64,000 bases of DNA from Betaproteobacteria bacterium. GTDB taxonomy: Bacteria > Pseudomonadota > Gammaproteobacteria > Burkholderiales > SG8-41. Below, piece by piece: positions 20,203 to 28,877 of the stretch (the stretch's first letter is position 1; the number at the start of each line of letters is the position of its first letter). The notes under the pieces were generated by a model. It had not been told where the DNA came from, did not search any database, and saw only the letters and a program-made list of their open reading frames with translations. The translations under genes and the position numbers were made by a program. Where the stretch lies: assembly GCA_046339595.1 (NCBI GenBank), contig JBKDUF010000096.1, positions 18,207 through 82,206 of the forward strand, in the 5' to 3' direction.

Positions 20203-20832
20203 ATGACCGCACCCGCAACACCGCAGCGCCCCCCGGCGCCTGAACGGCTGATGATCGAAGGCCCGGCCGGCATGCTGGAAACCGACATCAGCGATCCGGG
20301 CCAGCACCGCCGCGGCATCGCGCTGATCGGGCATCCCAATCCGGTGCAGGGCGGCACCAAGGACAACAAGGTGGTCACCACCCTGGCCAAAACCCTGTAT
20401 GGCCTTGGCCATGTCGCGATCCGCCCCAATTTCCGAGGCGTCGGCGCGAGCACCGGACAGTTCGATCACGGCGTCGGTGAAACACAGGACCTGCTGGCAG
20501 TGGCGCGCTGGGCGCAAGCCCGCTACGGCGAACTGCCGCTGGTTCTTGCCGGCTTCTCCTTCGGCGCCTTCGTGCAGACGCGGGTGGCGCGTGAACAGGC
20601 GCCACAGCAGCTGATCCTCGTCGGCCCCGCGGTCAACCGGTTCCGGGCTGAGACGGTGCCGGCCAACACGCTGGTCATCCATGGCGAGCACGACGATGTG
20701 GTGCCGCTGGCGGCTGTGCTCGACTGGGCGCGCCCGCAGCAGCTGCCGATCGTGGTAGTGCCCGGCGGCGAGCATTTTTTCCACGGCCGCCTGCACCTGC
20801 TCGCGCAACTGGTCGCCCGGCACTGCGCATGA
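20203..20832 (+). CDS. Alpha/beta hydrolase (COG2945-like)
   Basis: Internal ATG of ORF 20101..20832. Shows [15 protein letters not shown], the nucleophile elbow GFSFGA and a C-terminal HFFHG. Confidence 0.7.
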   Translation: MTAPATPQRPPAPERLMIEGPAGMLETDISDPGQHRRGIALIGHPNPVQGGTKDNKVVTTLAKTLYGLGHVAIRPNFRGVGASTGQFDHGVGETQDLLAVARWAQARYGELPLVLAGFSFGAFVQTRVAREQAPQQLILVGPAVNRFRAETVPANTLVIHGEHDDVVPLAAVLDWARPQQLPIVVVPGGEHFFHGRLHLLAQLVARHCA

Positions 20833-21743
20833 GCGCGCCGCTGGCGGTACGCGGATTACGCAAATCGTACGGCGCGAACGAAGTCGTGCGCGGCTTGGAT
20901 TTTGCCCTCGAACCCGGAGAGTGTTTCGGACTGCTAGGCCCCAACGGCGCCGGCAAGACCACCACCCTGCGGCTGTGCCTTGGCCTGACCGAACCCGATG
21001 CCGGGGAGATCACCCTGCTCGGACATCGCGTGCCCCGCGATGCCCGCGCCGCCCGCCGCCGCATCGGCGTCGTGCCGCAGTTCGACAACCTTGACCCGGA
21101 CTTCACGGTGCGCGAGAACCTGCGCGTGTTCGGACGTTATTTCGACATCACCGATCCGGTACTCGCCGCCCGCACACCCGACCTGCTCGAGTTCGCCGGG
21201 CTTGCCAGCCGTGCCGACACCCGCATCCAGACACTCTCGGGCGGCATGAAACGGCGGCTCACCCTGGCGCGGGCGCTGGTCAACGATCCCGAGCTGCTGT
21301 TCCTCGACGAGCCCACCACAGGCCTCGATCCCCAGGCACGGCACGTGATCTGGGAGCGCCTGCGCAATCTGCTGAAGCAGGGCAAGACGCTGCTGCTGAC
21401 CACGCACTTCATGGAAGAAGCCGAGCGGCTGTGTAGCCGCGTCGCGATCATGGACCACGGGCGCATCATCGCCGGGGGCGAGCCGCAGGCGCTGATCGCG
21501 CGGCATGTCGAACCGCATGTGGTCGAGGTTTACGGTGAAGCCGCCGTGCAGTGGGCCGCCGAATACGGCCGCAGCCGCGCCGAACGCTGCGAGACCACCG
21601 GCGAAACGGTGTTCTGCTACACCCGGAATCCGGCGCCGCTGGTGGCCGATCTCGACACCCGCGCCACGCTGCGCTACCTGCATCGCCGCGCCAACCTTGA
21701 GGACGTGTTCCTCAAGCTGACCGGGCGCGACCTGAGGGACTGA
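20829..21743 (+). CDS. ABC-2 type exporter ATP-binding protein (NodI-like)
   Basis: Walker [10 protein letters not shown], signature LSGGMKRR and Walker [13 protein letters not shown]. Start overlaps the upstream stop. Confidence 0.9.
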   Translation: MSAPLAVRGLRKSYGANEVVRGLDFALEPGECFGLLGPNGAGKTTTLRLCLGLTEPDAGEITLLGHRVPRDARAARRRIGVVPQFDNLDPDFTVRENLRVFGRYFDITDPVLAARTPDLLEFAGLASRADTRIQTLSGGMKRRLTLARALVNDPELLFLDEPTTGLDPQARHVIWERLRNLLKQGKTLLLTTHFMEEAERLCSRVAIMDHGRIIAGGEPQALIARHVEPHVVEVYGEAAVQWAAEYGRSRAERCETTGETVFCYTRNPAPLVADLDTRATLRYLHRRANLEDVFLKLTGRDLRD

Positions 21744-21744
21744 C

Positions 21745-22530
21745 ATGCGGAAAAGTCCCTGGGCCGCCCCGCGTCCGAGCCTGCGCCTGATCCATGTCTG
21801 GCGGCGCAACCTGCTGGTGTGGCGCAAGCTGGCGGTGCCGTCGATGCTGGGCAACCTGGCCGACCCCCTGCTCTACATGTTCGGTCTCGGCTACGGCCTC
21901 GGCCGCATGCTTGAGGATGTCGGCGGCATGTCGTACATCGCCTTCCTTGCCGCCGGCGTCATCTGCTCGAGCACCATGATGAGCGCCTCCTTCGAGGCGA
22001 TGTATTCGGCGTTTTCACGCATGCATGTGCAGAAGACCTGGGATGCCATCCTCAATGCGCCGCTGACGCTGGACGATGTGCTGTTCGGCGAGCTGGTGTG
22101 GGCGGCAAGCAAAAGCTTCCTGTCGGGCTGCGCGGTGCTCATCGTGGCCGCAGTGCTCGGGCTGATTCCCTCGCCGCTGGCGCTGGCGGTGATACCCCTG
22201 ATTTTCCTGACCGGCCTTGCCTTCGCCGGACTCGGCCTGATCATGACCGCGCTGTCGCCAAGCTATGACTTTTTCATGTACTACTTCACGCTGTGCGTGA
22301 CGCCGATGATGCTGCTTTGCGGCGTGTTCTTTCCCCTGTACGAGCTGCCGGTCGCAGCGCAATGGGCGGCGCAACTGCTGCCGCTGACGCATGCCGTGGC
22401 GCTCGCCCGTCCGCTGGTCAGCGGTGAGGTGCCCCCGGCGTGGGCCCTGCACATCGCCGTGCTCGCGCTGTATGCGGTGGCGAGCGCCTATCTGGCGCTG
22501 GCGCTCTCGCGGCGGCGGCTGCTGACGTAA
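21745..22530 (+). CDS. ABC-2 type exporter permease (NodJ-like)
   Basis: 261-aa, six-TM-like hydrophobic protein directly after the ATPase. Confidence 0.85.
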   Translation: MRKSPWAAPRPSLRLIHVWRRNLLVWRKLAVPSMLGNLADPLLYMFGLGYGLGRMLEDVGGMSYIAFLAAGVICSSTMMSASFEAMYSAFSRMHVQKTWDAILNAPLTLDDVLFGELVWAASKSFLSGCAVLIVAAVLGLIPSPLALAVIPLIFLTGLAFAGLGLIMTALSPSYDFFMYYFTLCVTPMMLLCGVFFPLYELPVAAQWAAQLLPLTHAVALARPLVSGEVPPAWALHIAVLALYAVASAYLALALSRRRLLT

Positions 22531-22539
22531 GATGACGCC

Positions 22540-22950
22540 ATGCTCTGGATCAAGACCTTCCATCTGCTGTTCGTGATGTCGTGGTTTGCCGGTCTGTTTT
22601 ACCTGCCGCGGATTTTCGTCAACCTCGCGCAGGAAGATCAGCCGGCGTCCCGTACGCGCCTGCTGCTGATGGCGCGCAAGCTCTACCGCTTCATGACCAT
22701 TCTCGCCGTGCCGGCTTTGGGCTTCGGGCTGTGGCTATGGCTGGCATACGGCATCTCCGGCGGCTGGTTGCACGCCAAGCTGGCGTTGGTGGTGTTGCTG
22801 ATCGGCTACCACCACGCCTGCGGCAGCCTGCTGCGCAAGTTCGAGCTGGGGCTCAACACGCGCTCCCATGTCTGGTACCGCTGGTTCAACGAAGTGCCCG
22901 TGCTGCTGCTGCTGGCGACGCTGGTGCTGGTCGTGGTCAAGCCCTTCTGA
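22540..22950 (+). CDS. hemJ: Protoporphyrinogen oxidase HemJ
   Basis: MLWIKTFHLLFVMSWFAGLFYLPRIFVNLA plus HAKLALVVLLIGYHH. Typical HemJ (UPF0093) sequence and size. Confidence 0.85.
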   Translation: MLWIKTFHLLFVMSWFAGLFYLPRIFVNLAQEDQPASRTRLLLMARKLYRFMTILAVPALGFGLWLWLAYGISGGWLHAKLALVVLLIGYHHACGSLLRKFELGLNTRSHVWYRWFNEVPVLLLLATLVLVVVKPF

Positions 22951-22970
22951 ACACCCTGCGCAGCGCCGTC

Positions 22971-23339
22971 GTGCTGTGCCTGCTCGCCGGCGCCGTGCCG
23001 CCCGTCGCTGCGGCCGAGGCGCGCATCATCGTCCAGCAGTCGCCGCTGGCCGGTTTCCAGTATTACGACGGCAAGGTGCTGTGGGACGACATGCGCGTCG
23101 GCGATGTGCTGGTGCTGGTGCGCGAACCGCAGAATCCGCATGATGCCAACGCGGTGCGCGTGGAATGGAAAGGCCAGGCACTGGGTTATGTGCCACGGCG
23201 CGACAACGCGGATGTCGCGCGGCAGATGGACCGCGGCGAAAAACTGCAGGCACGCATCATCCGCCTGACCGAGGCCCGCAACCCCTGGCAGCGCGTGCAA
23301 TTCGAGGTCTATGCCGAAATGCCGGTGGTGAAGCGCTGA
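22971..23339 (+). CDS. HIRAN domain-containing protein
   Basis: GFQYYDG...GDVLVLVREPQNPHDANAVRVEW..GQALGYVPRRDNADVARQMD matches the HIRAN pattern. It is the tail of ORF 22581..23339. Start ambiguous (GTG 22971, or CTG 22947 giving a signal-peptide-like N-terminus). Confidence 0.65.
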   Translation: MLCLLAGAVPPVAAAEARIIVQQSPLAGFQYYDGKVLWDDMRVGDVLVLVREPQNPHDANAVRVEWKGQALGYVPRRDNADVARQMDRGEKLQARIIRLTEARNPWQRVQFEVYAEMPVVKR

Positions 23340-24493
23340 TGGAACGTTTTTTCGCAAGCTGCCCGCGCGGACTCGAAGGCGTGCTCGGCGAGGAATTGCA
23401 GTCCCTCTCCGCCTCGAAGCTTGAGCCCGTCGATGGCGGCGTTGGCTTCAGCGGTCCCTATGCGCTGTGCCGTACCGTCAACCTGATGAGCCGCATCGCC
23501 AGCCGCGTGCTCTGGCGCGTCGGAGCAGCCCGTTACCGCAGCGAAATCGACATCTTCAACGCGGCCAAACGCATTCCCTGGGGCCAATGGTTCGGCCCGC
23601 AGCAAACCATCCGGGTCGACACCGCCGCCATCCGGAGTCCGCTCAACAGCATCGACATTGTCACGCTGCGGGTGAAAGACGCGGTCTGCGACGTGCTGCG
23701 CGAAACCGCAGGCAGCCGTCCCGATGTGGATACCCGCAACCCCGACGTACGCATCCAGGTCTTCCTGACCCGCGACGAAGCGGTGTTCTACCTCGACACC
23801 TCCGGTGATGCGCTGTTCAAGCGCGGCTGGCGCGGCGCAGCCGGGGAGGCGCCTCTGCGCGAAAATCTCGCCGCCGGCATCCTCAAGCTGACCGGCTGGA
23901 CAGCCGATGTGCCGCTGCTCGATCCGATGTGCGGCAGCGGCACCTTCCTGATCGAGGCCGCGCTGATGGCGCGTGGCCGCGCCCCCGGGCTGGGCCGCCG
24001 CTTCGGCTTCGAGAACCTGAAGAACCACGACGCCGCAGCCTGGCAGCGCGAACGTGACCATGCAGCAGCCCAAGAAAATAAATCAATCAAAACAAGGGTT
24101 TATGGTTATGATCGCAGCGGAGATGCGATCGCCATCGCCCGCCGCAACGCCGAGGCGCTGGGCCTGCAGGACGACATCGCGCTAAAGCAATGCAGCCTCG
24201 AGGATTCCAAGCCGCCGCTGCCCTCGGGCCTGCTCATCACCAACCCGCCCTATGGCGTGCGCCTGGAAGAACTCGACGACCTCGCCGCCTGGTATCCCAA
24301 ACTCGGCGACATCCTGAAGCAGCGTTATGCGGGATGGACCGCGTACATCTTCACCGCCGACCTGCGCATCGCCAAGCTGATGCGGCTGCAGCCGTCGCGA
24401 CGCACGCCGCTCTTCAATGGCGCGCTGGAGTGCCGCTTGTTCCGCTACGAGATCGTGGCGGGAAGCATGCGCAAACCCAAAGCGGAAAACTGA
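23339..24493 (+). CDS. THUMP-domain class I SAM-dependent RNA methyltransferase (RlmL N-terminal-half-like)
   Basis: Starts at an ATG overlapping the upstream stop (MERFFASCPRGLEGVLGEEL). SAM motif DPMCGSGTFLIEAA and catalytic ITNPPYG. Confidence 0.85.
   Translation: MERFFASCPRGLEGVLGEELQSLSASKLEPVDGGVGFSGPYALCRTVNLMSRIASRVLWRVGAARYRSEIDIFNAAKRIPWGQWFGPQQTIRVDTAAIRSPLNSIDIVTLRVKDAVCDVLRETAGSRPDVDTRNPDVRIQVFLTRDEAVFYLDTSGDALFKRGWRGAAGEAPLRENLAAGILKLTGWTADVPLLDPMCGSGTFLIEAALMARGRAPGLGRRFGFENLKNHDAAAWQRERDHAAAQENKSIKTRVYGYDRSGDAIAIARRNAEALGLQDDIALKQCSLEDSKPPLPSGLLITNPPYGVRLEELDDLAAWYPKLGDILKQRYAGWTAYIFTADLRIAKLMRLQPSRRTPLFNGALECRLFRYEIVAGSMRKPKAEN
24083..24102 (+). repeat. AT-rich motif copy inside the methyltransferase CDS (TCAATCAAAACAAGGGTTTA)
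   Basis: Perfect match to TCAATYAAAWCAA-N4-TTA. In frame it encodes part of ENKSIKTRVYGYD using mostly A/T-ending codons. Confidence 0.6.
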
Positions 24494-24548
24494 CGCTGCG
24501 TTTTCCGGCGTAGCGCTTGCAGCAGCCGCGACCAACCCGGAGCCCGCG

Positions 24549-25706
24549 TCAACGCGCGAGATAGCCTGCGTCAAGCTTGCCGATTTCGGGACACCCCATC
24601 ATCGCGAGGATGCGGTCGATCTCGTCACGATAAATCTCGATGGCCCGCGCAGCCCCCGCCTCCCCGGCCATCGCCAGCCCGTAGAGCGTAGCACGGCCGA
24701 TCATCACCGCATCGGCGCCCAGGGCAAGGCCCTTGATCACGTCGGAGCCGCGCCGGAAACCACTGTCAACGATCACCGTGACCCGGCTGCCGACAGCCTC
24801 GACCACCTCGGGCAGGATTTCAATCGGTGCCCGGGTGCTGTCCAGGGCGCGACCGCCATGGTTGGAAACGATCACGCCATCCACGCCGCATTCGGCGGCG
24901 AGCTTTGCGTCTTCGGCGCGCAGGATGCCCTTCACCAGCAGCGGACGTGGCCACAGCCTGCGGATTTCGCGCAGGTCATCCCAGGTCAGCGAGTCGCTGA
25001 CCATCATCGAGCGGCCCATCGGCAGCGCGGTGATTTTGGTTTTCATCGCGGTCGGGTAGTTCTCGTAGCGGGGCATGCCGGTGGTGAGCAGGTAGCGCAG
25101 CAGCACACCGGCAAGCCAGCGCGGATGCAGCAGAACATCCGTGACATTGCGCCGCGTGAAGCGGAACGGCACGGTCATGCCGTTGCGCAGGTTGTACTCG
25201 CGCCCCGGCGGCACCGGCGTATCCACCGTCACCACCAGCGCCTGGTAGCCGGCGGCTTTGGCACGCTCGATCAGTGCATGCGAGGCGGCGCGGTCGGGCC
25301 ACATGTAGACCTGGAACCACAGTTCGCCACCGGCTTCAGCGGCGACGCGCTCCAGCGCGGTCATCGATCCAGTGGCGAGCGTGTACGGAATGCCTGCTGC
25401 CCTCGCCGCGCGGGCCAGCGCGACCTCACCCTCGTACCAGGCCAGCCCCGCGGAGCCGGTGGGGCCGACCACGACCGGCATGGCCTGCGTCTTGCCGAAA
25501 AGGCTGATGTGCTGCGAGCGCCGGGAGGTGTCGACCAGCATGTGCGGATTGAGCTTGATGCGCTCGAACGCTGCGCGGTTGTTGGCAAGCGCCACCTCGT
25601 CGCCATTGCCGCGATCAAAAAACTCGAACACGCCGCGCGGCAGGCGCTGGCGTGCCTGTTCGCGCAAGTCGGCAATGTCGTAGGCGCCCAGTGTAGGTTC
25701 TGACAT
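24549..25706 (-). CDS. FMN-dependent alpha-hydroxy acid dehydrogenase/oxidase (L-lactate dehydrogenase LldD-like)
   Basis: VIVSNHGGRALD active-site motif and TIM-barrel FMN family. The ATG at 25706 (MSEPTLGAYDIADL) is preferred over the TTG at 25715. Confidence 0.85.
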   Translation of the reverse strand: MSEPTLGAYDIADLREQARQRLPRGVFEFFDRGNGDEVALANNRAAFERIKLNPHMLVDTSRRSQHISLFGKTQAMPVVVGPTGSAGLAWYEGEVALARAARAAGIPYTLATGSMTALERVAAEAGGELWFQVYMWPDRAASHALIERAKAAGYQALVVTVDTPVPPGREYNLRNGMTVPFRFTRRNVTDVLLHPRWLAGVLLRYLLTTGMPRYENYPTAMKTKITALPMGRSMMVSDSLTWDDLREIRRLWPRPLLVKGILRAEDAKLAAECGVDGVIVSNHGGRALDSTRAPIEILPEVVEAVGSRVTVIVDSGFRRGSDVIKGLALGADAVMIGRATLYGLAMAGEAGAARAIEIYRDEIDRILAMMGCPEIGKLDAGYLAR

Positions 25707-25711
25707 TTTAT

Positions 25712-25731
25712 TCAATTAAATCAATAAGTTA
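25712..25731 (+). repeat. AT-rich motif copy (TCAATTAAATCAATAAGTTA), IHF-consensus-like core at 25719-25731
   Basis: Perfect consensus match. AATCAATAAGTTA fits WATCAANNNNTTR exactly. It fills the 22-31 nt spacer between the tauE stop and the lldD-like start. Confidence 0.65.
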
Positions 25732-25737
25732 TTACGA

Positions 25738-26496
25738 CTAAACGGGGGCGCGAATGCCCCGCAACAGCAACGATCCGCCGATCAGCAGCAGCAGAATGCT
25801 GACCACACGCAGCAGGCTCTGCCGCGAGGCCCTGAGCTGGATGCGATGGCCGGCCCAGATGCCGCCAAGTGCAAAGGGTATCAGTAGCAGCGCACCCAGC
25901 ACGCGGTCCCACAGCATCAGGCCGCCGGCGAGGAACACCAGCGCGCGAATTGAGGTCGACAGTAGCACCATGTTCGACAGTGTGGCGCGCAACACCGCCT
26001 TGTCGGGCAGGCGCCGCGACAGGTAGACCGCATAGGGCGGTGCGCCGACACCGAACAGTGTGCCCGACGCGCCACCGCAGAAGCCGGAGATTACCGCCCA
26101 GGGATGGCGCGAGATGCCGCCCTGCGGCACGCCGGCATACAGCGAATACAGGCCGTAGCCGCAGAGAAAAACGCCAAAGGCGAAAAGGGTGGCCTGGTGC
26201 GGGATGGTCACCAGCGCGGTGACGCCGGCCACCGCGCCGGCCAGCGAAAACGGCGCCATCCATTTCAGCTCGCCAAGGTCGGCATCCCTGGAAAAGCGCG
26301 AGCCCAGCGCGAAGGATGCCGAGACGTCGAGGATCACGCACATCGGCAGCACAAAGGACAGCGGGAAAAAAAACGACAGCGCCGGCACCGTGAACATCGC
26401 CGCACCGAAGGCGGTAACGCCGAAGATCACGTAGGAGGCCGCGACTATTGCCGCACAGGCGGCCCAGGTGTCCAGCCCGAAAGGCAGGGCATCCAT
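25738..26496 (-). CDS. Sulfite exporter TauE/SafE family membrane protein
   Basis: Polytopic membrane protein of about 250 aa with TauE-like repeats. The ATG at 26496 is preferred over the upstream TTG codons. Confidence 0.8.
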   Translation of the reverse strand: MDALPFGLDTWAACAAIVAASYVIFGVTAFGAAMFTVPALSFFFPLSFVLPMCVILDVSASFALGSRFSRDADLGELKWMAPFSLAGAVAGVTALVTIPHQATLFAFGVFLCGYGLYSLYAGVPQGGISRHPWAVISGFCGGASGTLFGVGAPPYAVYLSRRLPDKAVLRATLSNMVLLSTSIRALVFLAGGLMLWDRVLGALLLIPFALGGIWAGHRIQLRASRQSLLRVVSILLLLIGGSLLLRGIRAPV

Positions 26497-26497
26497 C

Positions 26498-26526
26498 AAC
26501 AAAAACGCCGGCCAGGGGGCCGGCGT
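26498..26526 (-). terminator. Rho-independent terminator after pilU
   Basis: ACGCCGGCC-AGGG-GGCCGGCGT 9-bp stem (26505-26526). The minus strand then reads TTTTTGTTG, directly abutting the tauE start. Confidence 0.7.
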
Positions 26527-26547
26527 CGGGACATCAGCCGCTGGACA

Positions 26548-27684
26548 TCAGACAAGGTTGAGGTGCTCGATGCCGGTCATCACATCCTTGTCCTTGGCAT
26601 CCTTGCTGTTGAGCTTGATCATCAGCCGCAGCTCGTTCATCGAGTCGGCGTTGCGTAAGGCATCCTCGTAGCTGATCTGCCCGGCTTCGTAGAGGTCAAA
26701 CAGGTGCTGGTCGAAGGTCTGCATGCCCAGCTCGCGCGACTTGGCCATGACGCCCTTGATCTCGTGCACCTCGCCCTTGAAGATCATGTCGGCGATCAAT
26801 GGTGAGTTAAGCAGGATCTCCACCGCGGCGGCACGGCCCTTGCCGTCCTTCTTGGGGATCAGGCGCTGGGAAATCAGCGCGCGGATGTTCAGCGAAAGAT
26901 CCATCAGCAGCTGGTGTTTCCGCTCTTCCGGGAAGAAGTTGATGATCCGGTCCAGCGCCTGGTTGGCGCTGTTGGCGTGCAGCGTCGCCATTGCGAGGTG
27001 GCCAGTTTCGGCGAAGGCAATCGCATGGTCCATGGTGTCGCGGTCGCGTATCTCGCCGATCAGGATCACATCCGGGGCCTGGCGCAGGGTGTTTTTCAGT
27101 GCGGCATGCCAGTTTTCGGTATCCACACCGACCTCGCGCTGGGTGACCACGCAGTTCTTGTGGTCGTGCACATACTCGATCGGGTCTTCGATGGTGATGA
27201 TGTGGCCGTAGCTGTTTTCGTTGCGGTAGCCGATCATCGCTGCGAGCGAGGTCGACTTGCCGGAACCGGTGCCGCCGACCATGATGATCAGACCGCGCTT
27301 GGTCATTACGACATCCTTCAGCACGGGCGGCAGCTTGAGATCGTCGAACTTCGGGATCGAGGTGTTGATCGTGCGCAGCACCATGCCCACGCGGCCCTGC
27401 TGCATGAAGGCGTTGACGCGGAAGCGGCCGATGTCGCCGGGGCTGATCGCGAAGTTGCACTCCTTGGTCGCCTCGAACTCGCTGGCCTGCTTGTCGTTCA
27501 TGATGCCGCGCGCAAGTTCGGCCGTGTGCTGGGGGGTGAGTGCCTGCTGCGCAACCGGAGTCATCTTGCCGTCAAGTTTGATCGCCGGGGGAAAGCCTGC
27601 GGTAATGAACAGGTCGGACGCCTTTTTCGCGACCATTGCCCGCAGCAGATCGTGCATGAACTTGACTGCCTGCTCTCTTTCCAT
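26548..27684 (-). CDS. pilU: Type IV pilus retraction ATPase PilU
   Basis: Walker A GGTGSGKST and PilT-family Asp/His boxes. 378 aa, located downstream of pilT. Confidence 0.9.
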   Translation of the reverse strand: MEREQAVKFMHDLLRAMVAKKASDLFITAGFPPAIKLDGKMTPVAQQALTPQHTAELARGIMNDKQASEFEATKECNFAISPGDIGRFRVNAFMQQGRVGMVLRTINTSIPKFDDLKLPPVLKDVVMTKRGLIIMVGGTGSGKSTSLAAMIGYRNENSYGHIITIEDPIEYVHDHKNCVVTQREVGVDTENWHAALKNTLRQAPDVILIGEIRDRDTMDHAIAFAETGHLAMATLHANSANQALDRIINFFPEERKHQLLMDLSLNIRALISQRLIPKKDGKGRAAAVEILLNSPLIADMIFKGEVHEIKGVMAKSRELGMQTFDQHLFDLYEAGQISYEDALRNADSMNELRLMIKLNSKDAKDKDVMTGIEHLNLV

Positions 27685-27724
27685 GCTATGGCTCCAGTTG
27701 TTGCACGTTGCCCGCGCCGCCGGA

Positions 27725-28765
27725 TCAGCGGAACGCGTCCTTGTTCATCGCCTTGCCGCGCGCCTCTTCCACCGAAACGATGTTGCGCTTGACCAGGTCC
27801 TGCAGGTTCTGGTCCAGGGTCTGCATGCCGAGCTGGGCGCCGGTCTGGATCGCGGAATACATCTGTGCCACCTTGTTCTCGCGGATCAGGTTGCGGATGG
27901 CCGGAGTGCCGACCATGATCTCGTGAGCCGCGGCGCGGCCGCTGCCGTCCTTGGTCTTGAGCAGGGTCTGCGAGATCACCGCGCGCAGCGACTCGGACAG
28001 CATCGCGCGCATCATTTCCTTTTCTTCCGCGGGGAATACATCAATGATCCGGTCAATGGTCTTGGCGGCAGAACTGGTGTGCAGCGTGCCGAACACCAGG
28101 TGGCCCGTTTCGGCGGCGGTCAGTGCAAGACGGATGGTTTCGAGGTCGCGCATCTCGCCGACGAGAATGATGTCAGGATCCTCCCGCAGCGCCGAGCGCA
28201 GCGCGTTGGAGAACGACAGCGTATGCGGGCCGACCTCGCGCTGGTTGATCAGGCATTTCTTGGATTCGTGCACGAATTCGATCGGGTCCTCGACTGTCAG
28301 GATGTGTCCCTGCTCGTTTTCGTTGATGTGGTTGATGATGGCGGCCAGCGTGGTCGACTTGCCGGACCCGGTGGGACCCGTCACCAGCACCACGCCGCGC
28401 GGCTGATTGGCGATCTCGGTGAAGACTTTCGGCGCCTTGAGGTCTTCCAGGCTCAGCACCTTGGACGGAATGGTCCGGAACACCGCGCCGGCGCCGCGCT
28501 GCTGCACGAAGGCGTTGACGCGGAACCGCGCCAGATTGGGGATCGAGAACGAGAAGTCGCACTCAAGGTTTTCCTCGTAGAACTTGCGCTGGCCGTCGTT
28601 CATGATGTCGTACACCATCGCATGCACATCCTTGTGCTCCAAGGGCGGCAGGTTGATGCGCCGGACATCACCATGCACACGAATCATCGGCGGCAGGCCG
28701 GATGACAGATGCAGGTCTGAGGCCTTGTTTTTGACCACGAAGGCCAGCAGTTCGGAGATGTCCAT
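27725..28765 (-). CDS. pilT: Type IV pilus twitching motility ATPase PilT
   Basis: MDISELLAFVVKNKASDLHLSSG, Walker A GPTGSGKST and the AIRNLIRE motif near the C-terminus. Confidence 0.95.
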   Translation of the reverse strand: MDISELLAFVVKNKASDLHLSSGLPPMIRVHGDVRRINLPPLEHKDVHAMVYDIMNDGQRKFYEENLECDFSFSIPNLARFRVNAFVQQRGAGAVFRTIPSKVLSLEDLKAPKVFTEIANQPRGVVLVTGPTGSGKSTTLAAIINHINENEQGHILTVEDPIEFVHESKKCLINQREVGPHTLSFSNALRSALREDPDIILVGEMRDLETIRLALTAAETGHLVFGTLHTSSAAKTIDRIIDVFPAEEKEMMRAMLSESLRAVISQTLLKTKDGSGRAAAHEIMVGTPAIRNLIRENKVAQMYSAIQTGAQLGMQTLDQNLQDLVKRNIVSVEEARGKAMNKDAFR

Positions 28766-28800
28766 TTATAATTCCCGGGGAAAGTGTGCTGACACCAAAA

Positions 28801-28836
28801 GACCGGTTTTTCTGGGGCGACCGGTATTTCTGTGGC
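28801..28836. repeat. Tandem 18-bp direct repeat in the pilT/yggS divergent intergenic region
   Basis: GACCGGTTTTTCTGGGGC (28801-28818) is immediately followed by GACCGGTATTTCTGTGGC (28819-28836), 16/18 identical. Confidence 0.8.
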
Positions 28837-28877
28837 ACATGAAGTCGTGTAGGCCAGCCTCTGAGCGCGTCGAAATT

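Noticed and set aside
28833-28848. TGGCAC at the end of the tandem repeat, as a possible sigma54 -24 box for yggS.
   Set aside because: The -12 position reads GTCG rather than TTGC (no GC at the required spacing), and yggS is not an expected sigma54 target.
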